Assembly (NCBI RefSeq): GCF_964355755.1
Contig: NC_092678.1
Span: forward strand, 25,189,365-25,253,364
DNA from: Antedon mediterranea
Lineage: Eukaryota > Animalia > Echinodermata
DNA length: 64,000 nt
Direction of reading: 5' to 3'
Under the pieces are notes generated by a model that did not search any database, was not told where the DNA came from, and saw nothing but the letters and a program-made list of their open reading frames with translations. The position numbers and the translations under genes are program-made. Shown one piece after another: positions 21,862 to 36,307 of the stretch. Within the stretch, counting starts at the first letter, position 1. The number at the start of each line of letters is the position of its first letter.

Positions 21862-24800
21862 ATGACACGCAAAAGAGGGAAGTTGGCTTCTGCAAAGCCA
21901 AGTAGAACTGAGCGTAAACTTGTCAATTTATGGAACTGTTTCTTGACGTACTTGTATGAAAATAACCTGCAACAGTCATGGCAAAGAGAACAGCTGAAAG
22001 AAGTTTTCAACGAACAGTTCACAAATGATCCGCTGTTCACTTATGGGCCATGTAAGTATATTATCACTTAAATGCTTAAATCATTATGTTTTGTAGAAAT
22101 TAAATTATAATTTAAAATTTAAAAAAATGTTCCTTGATTCATTTTCTTTTTTGCAATGTTTTTCATTTTTACGAAATTTATATTGATATTCTTTATTTTT
22201 GATTTTGTATGTTTTAACTGATTTCAAAGGTTGCAATAAAAGTAATCTTATTTTTTAATAAGGTATAAAAGGTTATTACTAATTATTTAAAGTTTCTTCA
22301 ACTGACAGGAGAATAAAGTTTTACAGATTTATTTTTGGTTAATAATTTCTTTAGATTATGTCTTTGATGAACTCATTACAAGATTAACACGTGGAAAAGC
22401 AAAGAAACTCAAATTTGATTCTCAAGGTAAACTTGTTGAAAACAATGTTCCATACGAGAAGATGACAATACCTATGCTTGAAACGAAACGTGAAGAAGAA
22501 CGCGAGAAATTGGAACAGACGATGAAAGATTCGTTGTACTGCGTCTTCTGTGACACGTTTTTTAGAGAGAAAGCAAACAAAGTGGGTCACAAAGAAGGAC
22601 GAAGCCATCGCTTGAGGATGAATCTACACTACTTCAAACAAAACAGGTAAGTTGTTTCAGTCTTGATCTAAGACTATTTGCAATCGCTCATTTAGGTAAG
22701 GTTGCTTTTCTGAATTTTCTTTGTGACCACAGTTCAGTATTTTTAGTAAGATTTACATTCATCTCTTTTGCACCCTTATTATATAAAGCTGTCATTCTTG
22801 CGAGACTGACTTTTAAAAATATTCTTCGTCAATAGAGACAGTTTGCGCAAGGATAAAGAAGGGATAAGAATAACGTCAGAACACGATACCGAAAATGGTG
22901 ACATTTTTATGGATACGTACAGCAAACATCCAGTTGTTTTTACAATTACTGTGGAAAATCTCAGGTAAATAAAAAAAGCAGCTAAGTCAGAGTATTACAA
23001 TCTACGTTAGCACAACCAACTCAATCCGTGGTTCTGGTATTTTCTCAGATAATATTATAATAAACAAGACCCTGAGTTTCTAAGCTTTTTGGGCTTTCCC
23101 AGAAAACCCTTTTTGCACCTTTAGTATAATATTTTTTCTAGTTTCACCTTTTAGTATAGCGAACCAATAAAATCTTTTTATTTTTTATAGTGATGATAAT
23201 ATTGTTTTGAAGAAATGTGAGTTTATGACATCGAGATCTCAGTTTGAAATCGTTAGACGTCGAAATGATGAAATCATTACACCAAGTAAGACAATTTTTT
23301 CAAACATCTTTATGTCTCCAATAACATTATTCTATTTATTTATATTTATTTATTTTGTATTAATGTGATTTTACTAATTAATTCCTAAAATGACCATTTT
23401 CGTGTTCCTTGCAGATGGAAAGATTGCCATAACGGTTCGATGTAATCCACGATACGTCAGCAATTATAGAAACGTGATTGCATTTAATTTTGAACATCCA
23501 GATGAAACGGTAAGCCTAAGCTGTTATAATTAAAATCTAGTACATCTATGTTTCATGCTTGCAAGCCGCCAGCATAAAATGAACTGCTGCTAATACTGCT
23601 TCTATTCACAAATTGCAACATTTTTTTTTAAAGTTGAAAGTAAAGTATTACTATTATTAAATTATTCTTTTATTTTCAGTCTTTCCACATATTTCGATCT
23701 ATATGTGTACAGTTGAAATCTATACTGACGGATGAACTTCAGGCGACCTCACCGTACGTTAAAATTAAACAAACAAGACGTAGATTCAATGAACTTGAAA
23801 CAGTTGATGGATTCAGACTACCTCAGTAAGTGAATGACATGAAATTAAAATGTCTGTTTTAAAGATAACGATTGTCATATAATAATAATAATGTTCAATT
23901 TAAATAGCGCAAAATGCAGGGTACCTCTAAGCGCTGAAAAATCACAGAAAATGTAAAAAGCACAATATTCATTGATGTTAAAATTGCAAATTAAAAAGGT
24001 GAGATCTGAGAAACGCCTCTCCCCAATCTCTCCAACTTACCTAACAGGCCAAGGTTGAATTCTATTTTTTCTTTCCTAGGATGAGCTCTGATGGTCTCAA
24101 GATGTCTGCTCTTGACAATTATTATGTGCCGAATGAACTGAGATCGAAAATGAAAAGTAAAGATTTAGATGATTCCTTGGAGTAAGTTTGTACTTAACTT
24201 TTCTATAACATGATTTTGACTTGCATAATTTATTTTTTAGAAGCATATTAAGTTGTATATTGTTTAAAGTTTACTCACTCCTGGGAACAATAAATAATGG
24301 ACTTTATAGGTTCATGATTAAAGTATATTGATCAAAACATCAAGAAACTCAACAGTTCTTTTCAAAACTATATATATGTGGTGTACCGCAAACTTTATAT
24401 CAACATTTTAGGTTGTTAAATCAAAAGATAATCAATTAAATGTCACATGTATGACCCTGTCATTAGACAGAATTGGCCCTCTAGAGGTCAATCTGTTTGA
24501 TGATAGATCGTCATTACTTCTGAAGAAGCTGTCCGATCAGGACAGCAAAACTGTCAAGGTTAGTTTACATACAAATTGTTGGTTTGGAAAAAAAGAATAT
24601 TTCTAATAAGTCACGATTGATTGATTAATAAATGATGATGTATAATATTATTATACAGTATATAGAATAGGAGGAACACTTTTATACTCGGAAAATTAAA
24701 CCATTGATTGATAAGTAAGTAAATAATGTCGTATAATAATTTTCCAGAAAAGATTTGAATGAAGACTTGTCCCCTGTGAATTATTCTCAAAAACTGTCCA

Positions 24801-27800
24801 AATTGTTGCACATTGAAGAGATGCAAATGAAGATAGACATTCAAATGTACAGAATGGAAGAAGCCAAGTTGACTTCCGATGCTAACAAACATTACCTTAG
24901 ACTTAAGGTTAGTAACTAAGCTAAGATGACTTACGATGCTAACAAACGTTACCTTAGACTTAAGGTTAGTAACTAAGCTAAGATGACTTCCGATGCTAAC
25001 AAACGTTACCTTAGACTTAAGGTTAGTAACTAAGCTAAGATGACTTCCGATGCTAACAAACGTTACCTTAGACTTAAGGTTAGTAACTAAGCTAAGATGA
25101 CTTCCGATGCTAACAAACGTTACCTTAGACTTAAGGTTAGTAACTAAGCTAAGATGAATTACGATACTAACAAACGTTACCTTAGACTTAAGGTTAGTAA
25201 CTAAGCTAAGATGACTTACGATACTAAAAAACGTTACCTTAGACTTAAGGTTAGTAATTAAGCTAAGATGACTTCCGATGCTAACAAACGTTACCTTAGA
25301 CTTAAGGTTAGTAACTAAGCTAAGATGACTTCCGATGCTAACAAACGTTACCTTAGACTTAAGGTTAGTAACTAAGCTAAGATGACTTACGATATTAACA
25401 AACGTTACCTTAGACTTAAGGTTAGTAACTAAGCTAAGATGACTTACGATACTAACAAACGTTACCTTAGACTTAAGGTTAGTAACTGCACCGGTGCTGG
25501 TTTAAGTACAAGAACTTATAATTATAGTATTTCTTTATGTAATGATAAACAATGAAAATATTTATCCCAAATTTATATTTATTTTGCACTAGGACACAAC
25601 GCAAGGACAAATGACCTATCGTTGTAAATGGTCATTGGTCAATTACTTATACATCCTTGCATTGTATTTTCATGAGAACCAACCTTCAAAATATTTATTA
25701 AAAATAGATAAAAATAATACTACTATTGTTCTGAAAATTAATAACTGTAAACAATGACCTTTTTTTGTCTTAAACTTTTGTGAAAAACTTGTTATTACTA
25801 AATTATTTTCTTAAGGTACCTGGGTTGGCTGAGAATCGCCCTTCAGTACTAAAAGGAGATCACTTATTTGCGATTTCTAAAGACAATCCAACCAAGCGTT
25901 ACACAGGTTATGTACACCGAATAGAAATGGAAGAACTTGTGTTGGGATTTGATGCAACGTAAGTTTTAACTTTGTTTTAAATTATTAATGTTGACACTGT
26001 TATATAATAAATACTTTATTTCAACACGGAAAAGCTTGTTTACCATAAAGGTGTTCTTCTACAAGGCCGTGATCAACTTATAGTAAAACAAACAGGCAAA
26101 GGGGTGTAATGTCTCCTCTATTATATCAAGTATCAAGTATAATCTTTATTCGTTCCCACAAGGAGAAAATTTACATTGCTCGTCTTCAAATACATCATAA
26201 TTACAATATATAAAATAACATGACAATACAACAATACCAATATTAAAAACTCACAACAAGAACATATTATTACATATTATTTCATGGTGCTCATCTGGAT
26301 GAATGTCGCTGATGTCTCCTGATACCTGTGGGCAGAAAGGAGAAAAGATATCGGTTTGTGTCAGCAGCCGCGGATCGCAATCTTCCACTACGAGCACTCC
26401 TGAGACTGCCTAAATCGGAATTCACAGGATGACTTTCATCCCTCAACACCATCCCAAAAAGCCTGTCCAGGTTCTCGCAATAAACTGAATCCACCGACTG
26501 CTGACACAAACCAGACATCCTCTCAACCCTTCTTACCACACAATCAATTCTACCCTTATCTCCCTCTGTAACATTTCCACCCCACCCTGCAATACAATAT
26601 TTCCAAACCCCAACAATAATAGACTGATAGAATGTAATCAAAATATTATTATTTACACTGAACTTGTTTAGTTGTCTTAAACAGTACATTCTAGTATTTA
26701 CTTTCTTCATAACGAGATCCAAGTGGTTACTCCACGTCAATTTATTGTTAAATACAACCCCCAAATATTTATATGTTTCCACCCTCTGAATTTGTCTACC
26801 CATTATGTCAACTAGATCACATTTATTCGTTTTCTTTCTAAAATCTATAATCATTTCCTTTGTTTTTTCAACATTCAATTCTAAAAAGTTATCATTACTA
26901 TATTTTACAAAATTATTAATCTCATTTAAATATGAAGTGCAATCGTCCTTCTGAATCAAGCCAATCATCGCCGTATCGTCAGCAAATCGTACAACTGGGC
27001 AAGAATCATATTTAGATCTATAATCACTTGTATACAAGGTAAACAAAAAAGGGGCTAATACAGTGCCTTGTGGCGCACCTGTATTGGAAACACTAACATC
27101 AGAACATACTGTTGGGCTAAGCTTCACATACTGCTTTCTGTTTGTTAGAAAATTCAGAATAAAAAGAATCAAATTAAGGGGAATGGCCATCTTACACAGC
27201 TTATCTACTAGTAAATGGGGTTGAATGGTGTTAAACGCAGAGGAGAAGTCGTAATACATAACACAGGCTGAATTTCCAACCTTTGTTTTATCTAAATGAC
27301 GATACAGCCTTTCAAGTTTAACGACAATCGCATCTTCTGTGCTCCGAGCACTTCTGTATGCAAATTGCATGGGATCAGTATGCGTAGTGACTATTGGTTT
27401 TAAGCATTTTAAAACAATTTTCTCACATATTTTACCTACAACTGATGTTAAGGCAACTGGCCTGAGATCATTCATATACTTAATAACACGGCCTTTTGGA
27501 ATAGGAACAATAGATGATTGTTTCCATGTTTCTGGAAGTGAACTAGTTGTGAAACACAAATTAAAAATAATTGAGAAAATATACGATAACTGCATTGCAC
27601 ATGATTTTAAAATATTTGGTTTAAGTTTATCGGGCCCGGGAGCTTTCTTAGCATTCAAATTTCTAAAATACTTATATACTTCACCCTCATTTGTATCAAT
27701 TTTTATGTCATTTATATTTGATTCAAGCTGACACTTCCGTTCCTTAATTTCTTTTGAAAAATCATATTTGTTAAAACGATTGAAAAATATATTTAATTCA

Positions 27801-30800
27801 TTTGCATATTCTTTGTCAATTTTTGGTAGCGATACAGATTTTTGTTTATTATTTATATGTCCACTCATTAACCTCATTCCTTGCCACACCTCTTTCATGT
27901 TATTTTCCGTGAACTTCTTTTCAACTTTATTTTTAAACTTGTATTTTTCTTTACGTATTGCACATTTTAATTCTTTTTGGACCTCTTTTAATTTCGCTTT
28001 ATTACCTTCAGCAAATGCTTTCTGTTTCCGGTTAATAATAATTTTCACATCTTTGGTTATCCATGGTTTATTATTCGCAAACACTTTAACCTTTTTAGTT
28101 GGGATAAGCATATCACTACAAAAGTTTATATATTCAGACACTGTGTCCGTAAGTTCATTCAGATCATTAGCGTTATTAATAAACATCTCCCAGTCCGTAT
28201 CATCAATTGCATCTTGTAGGCGTTCCGTTGCTTCCGCTGTCCATTTCTTTACTTTAATAGTCCTTGGCTTCTCTCGTTTAACTAATGGAATGTATTTCGG
28301 GTTTAGTACGATTAAAAAATGATCTCCCAAGCACGGCCACTGGGTTGAAACATATGCGTTTTTCACGTTTGTGTAGCAAAGGTCTAATATACTTGTTTCG
28401 CGCGTAGGACATGTAACGTGTTGGTAGTAGTACTCGCTTGTCTTCTTCAATGATCCGCGATTAAAATCTCCGTTTATGACAACGAATGCATCGGGCGAGG
28501 TAGCTTCTATGTCGTACAGTACTTCTGCAATCTCTGTCGATGCATTATTAACCAGATTTGTTTTGGGAATATATACAGTAACAATGACAACGTGTGAAAA
28601 TTCCCTGGGTATATAATAGGGGCGTACGCTTACAACAAGAATTTCACAATTTGGTGAGCATCTGTGCTTCTTCACGACTGCGTTATTTTGATGACAATAT
28701 CTTTCGTTGACGTAAATACAGATACCACCACCCCTTTTCTTTCCTGATTCACATGTTCTGTCTCCCCTAAGTAATTTAAAACCATTTATTTCGATATGAG
28801 AATCATCATGCCTATCCTATTATATACAATATATATGTTGATACTCTCAGTACGTCTCTTGGTAAAAGTAGATATGGATGTTATTTTAACAATGTATGTT
28901 TTAATCATTTATGCTATGCTGATGATTTGGTTGTGTTAGCTCCCTCTGCCTCAGGCCTTCAAAAACTGGTTAACACGTGTGTTGGTTTTGCATCTGAGCA
29001 TGATATTATTTATAATAATAAAAAGTCTTAACTGTATGCTGTTTTGTCCAACTATTCGTAAAATCTATGGGGTTGACTGTATTGGGTGATAAGGCGCTGG
29101 AGTATGTTGATCATTTTACGTACTTATTTTAACTTCGAATCTAAGAGATGAAGCAGATATAAAACGCCAATATACATGTAGATCTCTATGTATTAGAGGT
29201 AATGTTTTATGTAGGAAATTTTCATACTGCTCCAAATCAATCAAAGGTTTTTTGTTCAGATTATATTGTATTAACATGTACTGTTCTCCTTTATGGTCTA
29301 ATCATTTTTAAAAAGATATCAACCGACTTAAAGTTTGTTATAATGATGCTTTCCGGAGGTTGTTGGGACAACCCAGATTTGTTAGTGCGAGGAATTTGTT
29401 TGTGGAAAACAATATTCCATCATTTTATGAATATTTGAGGATTTCGACTTACCGATTTCTTACAAGAATAATGAAAAGCGAAAACAGAATGTTAATTTCT
29501 ATATATAAATATTTGTTGATGGATTCAAACATGTACTACAAATGGAGAGAGGCATTATATACCAATAGATAAAAGTTTTTGTCCTCTCTCCTTCATCTTT
29601 TTTTTGTAATGTATAATACCATATGGACAATTGTCTGAAATAAAAGTTGAATTGAATTACAAATATAAAAAAAATAACAAATGAGAGAACAAAATATATA
29701 AGCCGAAACCTTACATTTATGCTAGGAGTACAAAATAAATTACCCCAATAATTTTTAAGTATTTGTGATAGTTTATTACCATTAGTTAGGGTCTAATGTA
29801 AAGCACCTAGAGGGGTCAGTGATCCATTAGGCACTATATAAATATTGTTTGTTATTGTTATTATTATCTTTAACTAACAAAGTTTTAAGATTTCTACATA
29901 ATCATCAATCACTTAAGAAATTTGAATTTGACAAAATATTTTATTTTTGTTTTATTAGGTTTGTGAGTTCTTTCATTAAACACATGAAAGTTACAATAGA
30001 GTTTACATTCAATCGTCTACCTTTAAAGTTGCAACATCTAGCTGTCACTAAGGCCATTCCAAACCAGCTTACAACCGCACTCTTTCCCAGTGAAGAAACT
30101 AGTTCAAAGAGAGGAAAGCTTTATGAATCAAAAAAACGCATGTAAGTAAAATAGAATAGAATCAGTATTATTTATGCAACTCTCCCAACATCAGACTTCC
30201 AAAAAAAGTTATTTCGGAACGAAACTTTTAACTGCAACACAAACGTTTATTTGATTGACGTCTGCTGACCTTGAGCCAACTACACTGCAGCAATGTTTAA
30301 ATTGATTGCCAGTGCCCATTGCATTTTTTAGGCCACTCACATTTAAACGACTTTAAATATATTTTGAAATAAAATGGTTATTTGGTGCTATACAGTAGAA
30401 ACAAACCATAACAATAAAAGACTTCTTGAATACCAGAAATATTTTCATAAAATAATAACATTCTGTTTTGAAGGCTCCTGTTTGATCGAAGTCTAGAAAC
30501 TAATCCAGAACAATGTGCAGCTGTTAGGCACATCACAGAAGGGGTGTCAAGACCAGCCCCTTACCTTGTGTTTGGACCCCCTGGTACTGGCAAGACTGTT
30601 ACCATTGTGGAAGCTATTAGACAGGTTAGTAGATTACCACACATATTTGTACATTTGGAACAATACTTGCCTTATTTGCTTTAAAGATGTATTGTCCCCC
30701 TGAAAAATACTTTTTGCAATTTTTTTTGTTGAATATGCCATTTTAATGTCACATAATATTTATCCACTTTGAACAAAAATTGGATATAAACAAAATTTAT

Positions 30801-33800
30801 TTATCTGAGAAAAGAAATTGTCAAATTGGCTGCCAGCCAATGGATTTTTGGTTGAATTTAACTTTTTATTATGTTATTTTATAAGTGAAAACATTATTTT
30901 TTTTTTCATTTTTTTTTTCTACGGAAGTGATTAACTTTATTAAAACTATGAGTATGAAATAACTTATTCAAAGTCTGATTTATTTGATCTTCATATTTGA
31001 TGTTTTTTGGGGGACAAAACATCTTTTAAACAAGCTACTAAACTTTTTTTTTTATAGGTGTATAGTAAATTAGAAAATAGCGTTATCTTGGCGTGTGCTC
31101 CGTCTAACAGCGCTGCAGATCTGATAGCAGCAAGGATATTGAAACATGGTACTGTTGCTAAGTCTACAATGTTCCGCATGAATGCCCGCAGTCGTCACAT
31201 GGGCACCGTTGATACAGTTCTTTTGGTTTGTTTATAGTATAATGTATATTTGTTTTTGTGTGAATTAGGAACACATTGTTTTTATTTTAGACTAACTATT
31301 TGAGATAGGTAGCTTTACTCTCATTCACATGAGGTGATCTCTCAGTACTCTCTTTGAAATAAGATAAGGATTGCCCCTTTCCATGCTAACCCTAGTAGAC
31401 ATGTTATAGACAATATTCATTTCTTTTACATAAGTGAACATGTATAGAATTTTTTGAGAATAAATAATATTATAAATGCACTAATATAAAAATATATATA
31501 TTTTTATATAACTTTTTTGACAATAAAGAAGGAGATATTTGTACTTAATACACTTTTAAGTGATCATTTTGATTATGATGTCATAATCATGAAATATTTT
31601 GATATTGTTTCTACAGGATTCTGGATGCTGCAACTATAAAGATGGTGAAAATTATTTTCCTGCCAAAGAAATAATACAAAATTATAGAGTAGTAGTGACT
31701 ACACTCTGCACAGCAGGAAGGTTAGTCCACCTTTCAATAATAATGGTACAGTATTTAAGTTTTATGAGAAAAGAGTTTTTTTTTCACTCTAAATTTAAAC
31801 TTCTTGTTGTTTTTTCTAGACTTGCACAGGCTGGTTTTTCAAGAGATCACTTCACTCACATTTTCATTGATGAGGCAGGCCATGCTCAGGAACCTGAGGC
31901 CATCATACCTATTTTCAACTTGCTGAACCCAGACAATCCTCATGGAGGGCAACTTGTACTGGCTGGAGACCCAAAACAACTTGGTCCTGTGCTTCGCTCT
32001 TCCTACGCCATCAAGTACGGCCTGGGTATGAAATTTCTTTTTTTTCTTGCACAAGAAAACATTAACAAATGTAACTGCAGTATACATGCTTGCATTGCTA
32101 ATGTTTCTCATCCTGGTCCTGCTAGGAAGATCAGCCCACACTACAACAAAGTTTTTTACATTTGTTTTTTATTTTGTGTTTTCTATTGAGCACGGCCTTA
32201 CTGAAAAACAACTTTCAGTTGAGTTAAATATCCATGAATGAATAAAGCTTATTATTATTATTATTATTAAGTATTGAACACTTTTTTGTATATGATTTCA
32301 GCTACGTCTTTATTGGAGAGGTTAATGAATTCAAATCCATTGTACACCCGTAAGGAAGAAGGTGAACACTACAATCCAAAGGTTTTGACAAAGTTACTGA
32401 AAAACTATCGATCGCATCCCAGTATTTTGGAGTTGCCGAATGAGCTGTTTTATGACAATGAGCTTCAAGCCAATGCTGATAAATTCATGAGAGAAACAAT
32501 GTGTACCTGGGAAGAACTACCAAAGAAGGTAAGATGCATGTGGGTTTTCTATACCAAATGGTGTGAATGTCTTATCTTCCCCTTGCTCATTGAACTTAAT
32601 AATAATAATAACACCCATTTTGAATTTACCTAATTTTGAGAGCTGAATACTTGGATGATTAGTGTTCTTGTCAATATGAAATCAATATATAAAACCTAAC
32701 CTGATTCTAGGTTTCATTTATATATATTTATTCAGTGATAACAATAATAACTGGGGCCTGCACTAAAAGCAAAAGTTTGTCTAGACAATACATACATGAA
32801 AAGAAATATAAAACAATAACATAAGTAAAAAAGAAAGAGATAAAATATAGAGCATAACAAATGTTTAAATGGCTAATAGGTAGCGTTTTATAGATTTTTG
32901 GATCAAACTTATGCCTGAAACTTTGTTTAAATATCATAGATTTAACCCTTTTTTAATTGATGATAATGTAATATGTTGTATTCTGATATAAATATGTATC
33001 TCTCGCAGAATTTCCCAATGATTTTCCATGGTGTGGACGGCAATGACGAGCGGGAAGGGAATAGTCCGTCATTTTTCAACAAAAGTGAAGCTGCTACTGT
33101 TCTGGATTACGTGGACAATCTAATGAAAGGAAAGCATTCTGGGAAGAAGATACAACAGGCTGACATTGGCATTATATCCCCATACCGCAAACAGGTAAGA
33201 TTGGCCTACCAATCCAAGGGTCCTGGGTTCAAGTCCTGTCATGTCAGAATTTGTCCTAATGACAAATTACAACTCCACTCCCAAAGACTTGTAATAAGAC
33301 TTTTTTATGTAGAGCATCTTGTGTATATGTTTGTCTTGTGAACAGGATTGCCACCTTTAAGAAGGATAGTGAATGAATTCACTTATGTAATTTGCCTAAA
33401 TATTTACAAAACAAAGTACAGTATAGTTTTTCATGAGTCCAATTTTGATAGACTCATGTGTAAATTTTTGTATGGCTCTTCTCTACTCTTAAGCCTTGTC
33501 TACAACTTTAACTTTATGTGACAAAAAATGTGATATGCCCATATATGGACATGATGCCATATCACTACTATATCTGGGCATATCACTACCATATTTGGGC
33601 ACATCACACTTTTTGTCAAACTAGTTTGGTAGTGTAGACAGAGAGCTTAAGCTTCATCAAACAAAAAAGTAAATAATTAATAAGTTTTGTTTTACTAACT
33701 GTGTTTTGGTTCAGGTTCAAAAGATACAAAAGGCCCTTAAGAGTCGTAATTATAAAGACATCAAAGTAGGCTCCGTGGAGGAATTTCAAGGTCAGGAAAG

Positions 33801-35176
33801 ACTCGTCATCATCGTTTCAACAGTTCGTAGCAACAAAGAAGACTACTTGAAAATTGACAGAGATTTCAAACTGGGCTTCTTAGACAACCCTAAGGTATTT
33901 TTAGTTTAAATTTCACAAATTTTAATTCAATTTTTTTTTTCTGTGCCCTCCTATTTATGATGTATCTTTTTTCAATCTGTATACATTTTCAATATTTATT
34001 AATTTAATTTTTTTTTTATTAAAAAAAATATGTAATTAAGTAAAGTTTATATTTACTAGTCAACGCAAGAAGGTGTCATTATTTGTACATTAATTTAAAT
34101 ATAACATATATTTTTAAAACAGAGATTTAACGTTGCGATTACTCGTGCAAAAGCATTGCTGATTGTTGTTGGAAACCCAGTAGTGCTGAGCAAAGATAGC
34201 AATTGGAAAAGGTTAGTGTATGACTTAATTTGAACAATGTTTCTGTTCAATTTATTGATTAATTAATTCATCAAACAACAGTCTAATCAAATCAAATCTT
34301 TATTCGTGTTGTGTCCGTTGGATATTGTGTTCTGCCAACAGAGCAAACAGAATTTCTATGGTTTTTTCTTAAATAAATGATACTTGACTTGACTTACTCT
34401 GATTGATTAATTGATGTGGTTTTTTTTTATCAGATTGATTAAATTCTGTAAAGACAATGGCGGTACCAGAGGTGAACTGTTTCACATTGATGATGATGAA
34501 GAAACTTTATTGAGGCAATTTGACAGATTGCGTCTCACGGCTAAAGGTTAGAGTCTATAGGTCTTAAGCTCTGTCTACACTATCAAACTAATTTGACAAA
34601 AAAAGTGTGATGTGCCCAAATATGGTAGTGATATGCTTAAATATCATCATGTCCATATATGGGCATTTTTATAGTGTAGACAGAGCTTTATATGTATTCC
34701 TTAAGTAGGGTGGGCTATAGAGCTGTGCAAAGGTGTCATTTTATTTTCTATTTTCCTGATTTACGTTACTTGCACCCAGTAAAGCGTGGTTCCCACTAGA
34801 GATGCAACGCAAGGACGTATGCGCATTGCAAGCGAGTTGACCAATGACAAGACACTGTTGAAATAATCCATCCCTTGTGATTGGTCAAATCGCTAGTGGG
34901 AACCAAGCTTTACTGTGTGTACTCATTTGTTTCTTTAATTACAATGTTATGATTTGTAATAAAGACGAAAATAGGTATATAGTTAACTAGGTTATATTAA
35001 TTATTTGCGTCAAATCAATTACCGCGTTTTAATTGACATATATCTTTTATTTGTGGAAAACAATTATTAAATAATTATTTGTTTTCATTCATTTCACAGC
35101 TCTTGAAGCAGAGGCAGAAATGGAAATCAGTCACATTGCTCAGCAGAATGAGCCTGAATGGAGATCCGAAATTTAA
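21862..35176 (+). CDS. MOV10: MOV10 UPF1-like SF1 RNA helicase, multi-exon
   Basis: [15 protein letters not shown]; FGPPGTGKT; [10 protein letters not shown]; [13 protein letters not shown]; [10 protein letters not shown]; NYRSHP; SVEEFQGQE; [10 protein letters not shown]; C-terminus EPEWRSEI* resembles vertebrate MOV10. Start codon less certain. Confidence 0.92.
24860..25487 (+). repeat. 57-bp tandem repeat (11 copies) of a MOV10 exon end plus splice donor
   Basis: CTTAGACTTAAG|GTTAGT recurs every 57 bp from 24908 to 25478. Confidence 0.95.
26127..28816 (-). mobile_element. 5'-truncated Rex1/Babar-clade LINE with uninterrupted APE-RT ORF (stop at 26291) in a MOV10 intron
   Basis: [39 protein letters not shown]; frame open to the 5' break; (TACTTGA)n tail; 9-bp duplication CTATTATAT at 26118-26126 and 28817-28825. 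Confidence 0.93.
28850..29658 (+). mobile_element. Degenerate LINE 3' fragment (RT C-terminal half, CR1/L2 group)
   Basis: [18 protein letters not shown] followed by frameshifted sequence; AATAAAAGTTGAATTGAATT tail. Confidence 0.75.
30685..31025. mobile_element. Kolobok-like MITE in a MOV10 intron
   Basis: TIR AGATGTATTGTCCCC / GGGGACAAAACATCT with TTAA on both sides. Confidence 0.65.
33200..33405 (+). mobile_element. tRNA-derived SINE; inverted partial copy at ~53668-53770; similar head on minus strand at ~41908-41967
   Basis: B-box GGTTCAAGTCC; body TTAAGAAGGATAGTGAATGAATTCACTTATG recurs as reverse complement near 53690. Confidence 0.6.
34783..34909. mobile_element. Harbinger-type MITE family B
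   Basis: TIR AGCGTGGTTCCCACTAG / CTAGTGGGAACCAAGCT; TAA and TTA flanks. Confidence 0.7.
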
Positions 35177-35333
35177 AGTGTTGAAAATCAGTATTGCATG
35201 TGGTTTATGGTATCTACTGTAAAGCAACACAATTACATATTATAGCATTATTGCACGGTTATGGTGTTGACTCGGAATATGACAATCATATAGTGGTGTG
35301 GCTAGATCTTTTTTCAATTTATTTTAAGGGTGT

Positions 35334-35500
35334 TTGGCGCAGTGTGTTGGGCGTTGGACTACTGATCGTGAGATCGCGGTTCGATTCCATCTCTGCCGCA
35401 TTGCTTGTATCCTTAGGCAAGATACTTTACTTACGTTTGCCTCTCTCCACCCAAGTGTATATTTATAGAAAATGTTCTATAAATGCCGGGATAGTGTCGT
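35334..35500 (+). mobile_element. tRNA-derived SINE downstream of the MOV10 stop
   Basis: A-box-like TGGCGCAGTG, B-box GGTTCGATTCC, body CCTTAGGCAAGATACTTTAC...CTCTCTCCACCCAAGTGTAT. Confidence 0.65.
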
Positions 35501-35506
35501 ACCATT

Positions 35507-35785
35507 AGAGACATGATAGAGACATGATAGAGACATGATAGAGACATGATAGAGACATGATAGAGACATGATAGAGACATGATAGAGACATGATAGAGAC
35601 ATGATAGAGACATGATAGAGACATGATAGAGACATGATAGAGACATGATAGAGACATGATAGAGACATGATAGAGACATGATAGAGACATGATAGAGACA
35701 TGATAGAGACATGATAGTGACATGATAGTGACATGATAGAGACATGATAGAGACATGATAGAGACATGATAGAGACATGATAGTG
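35507..35785. repeat. 11-bp minisatellite (AGAGACATGAT)n, ~25 copies
   Basis: Direct reading; accounts for the three repetitive minus-strand ORFs. Confidence 0.97.
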
Positions 35786-36307
35786 AACCATGTCATGCAA
35801 TTAATACAATACTAAGTACAAAACACCAAGGTAGATTGTTAAAAACTTGCTTTATTTTTAACCAATTAATTAATTTTTTTAATTGAAAATGTTTAATTGA
35901 TTGAATATTTTAAAATAAATTTAAAAACCTCATATATTACATTTTAATGTCTAGTTTATACTACTATATTTAAACTGGAAATTCAATTTATAGAATTTTA
36001 AAATAATAATTTTTGAAATAAAACTATTTTAATATTCAGTGTTTAAGATAATTAAATATTTGACTGAATTGTGAATGATATTTTAAAAACATTTTTGGAT
36101 TTATGAATAAGAATGTTTATATTTTTGTCTCGGAATAAATAGTTATAATATTGGTGATAGTCAGTTGTTTTAAACTTCAATCTGCCTTACTATAAAGTTG
36201 ATCAAGTAAAATATATAAGTTAATTACAAGAAGTTCCAGAATATTTTCAATAGCTTATATGTGTACCAGACTTCCTTATATGTATACCAGACTTCCTTAT
36301 ATAGATA

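Noticed and set aside
24860-25487. Regular arrays here and at 57932-58957 as CRISPR-like loci
   Set aside because: Head-to-tail repeats with no unique spacers, no cas genes, eukaryotic intronic context
27339-28322. Plus-strand ORFs of 130 and 184 aa
   Set aside because: Antisense shadows of the LINE ORF
35431-35800. Three ORFs of repeated MSLSCLYHVSI
   Set aside because: Translation of a stop-free 11-bp minisatellite
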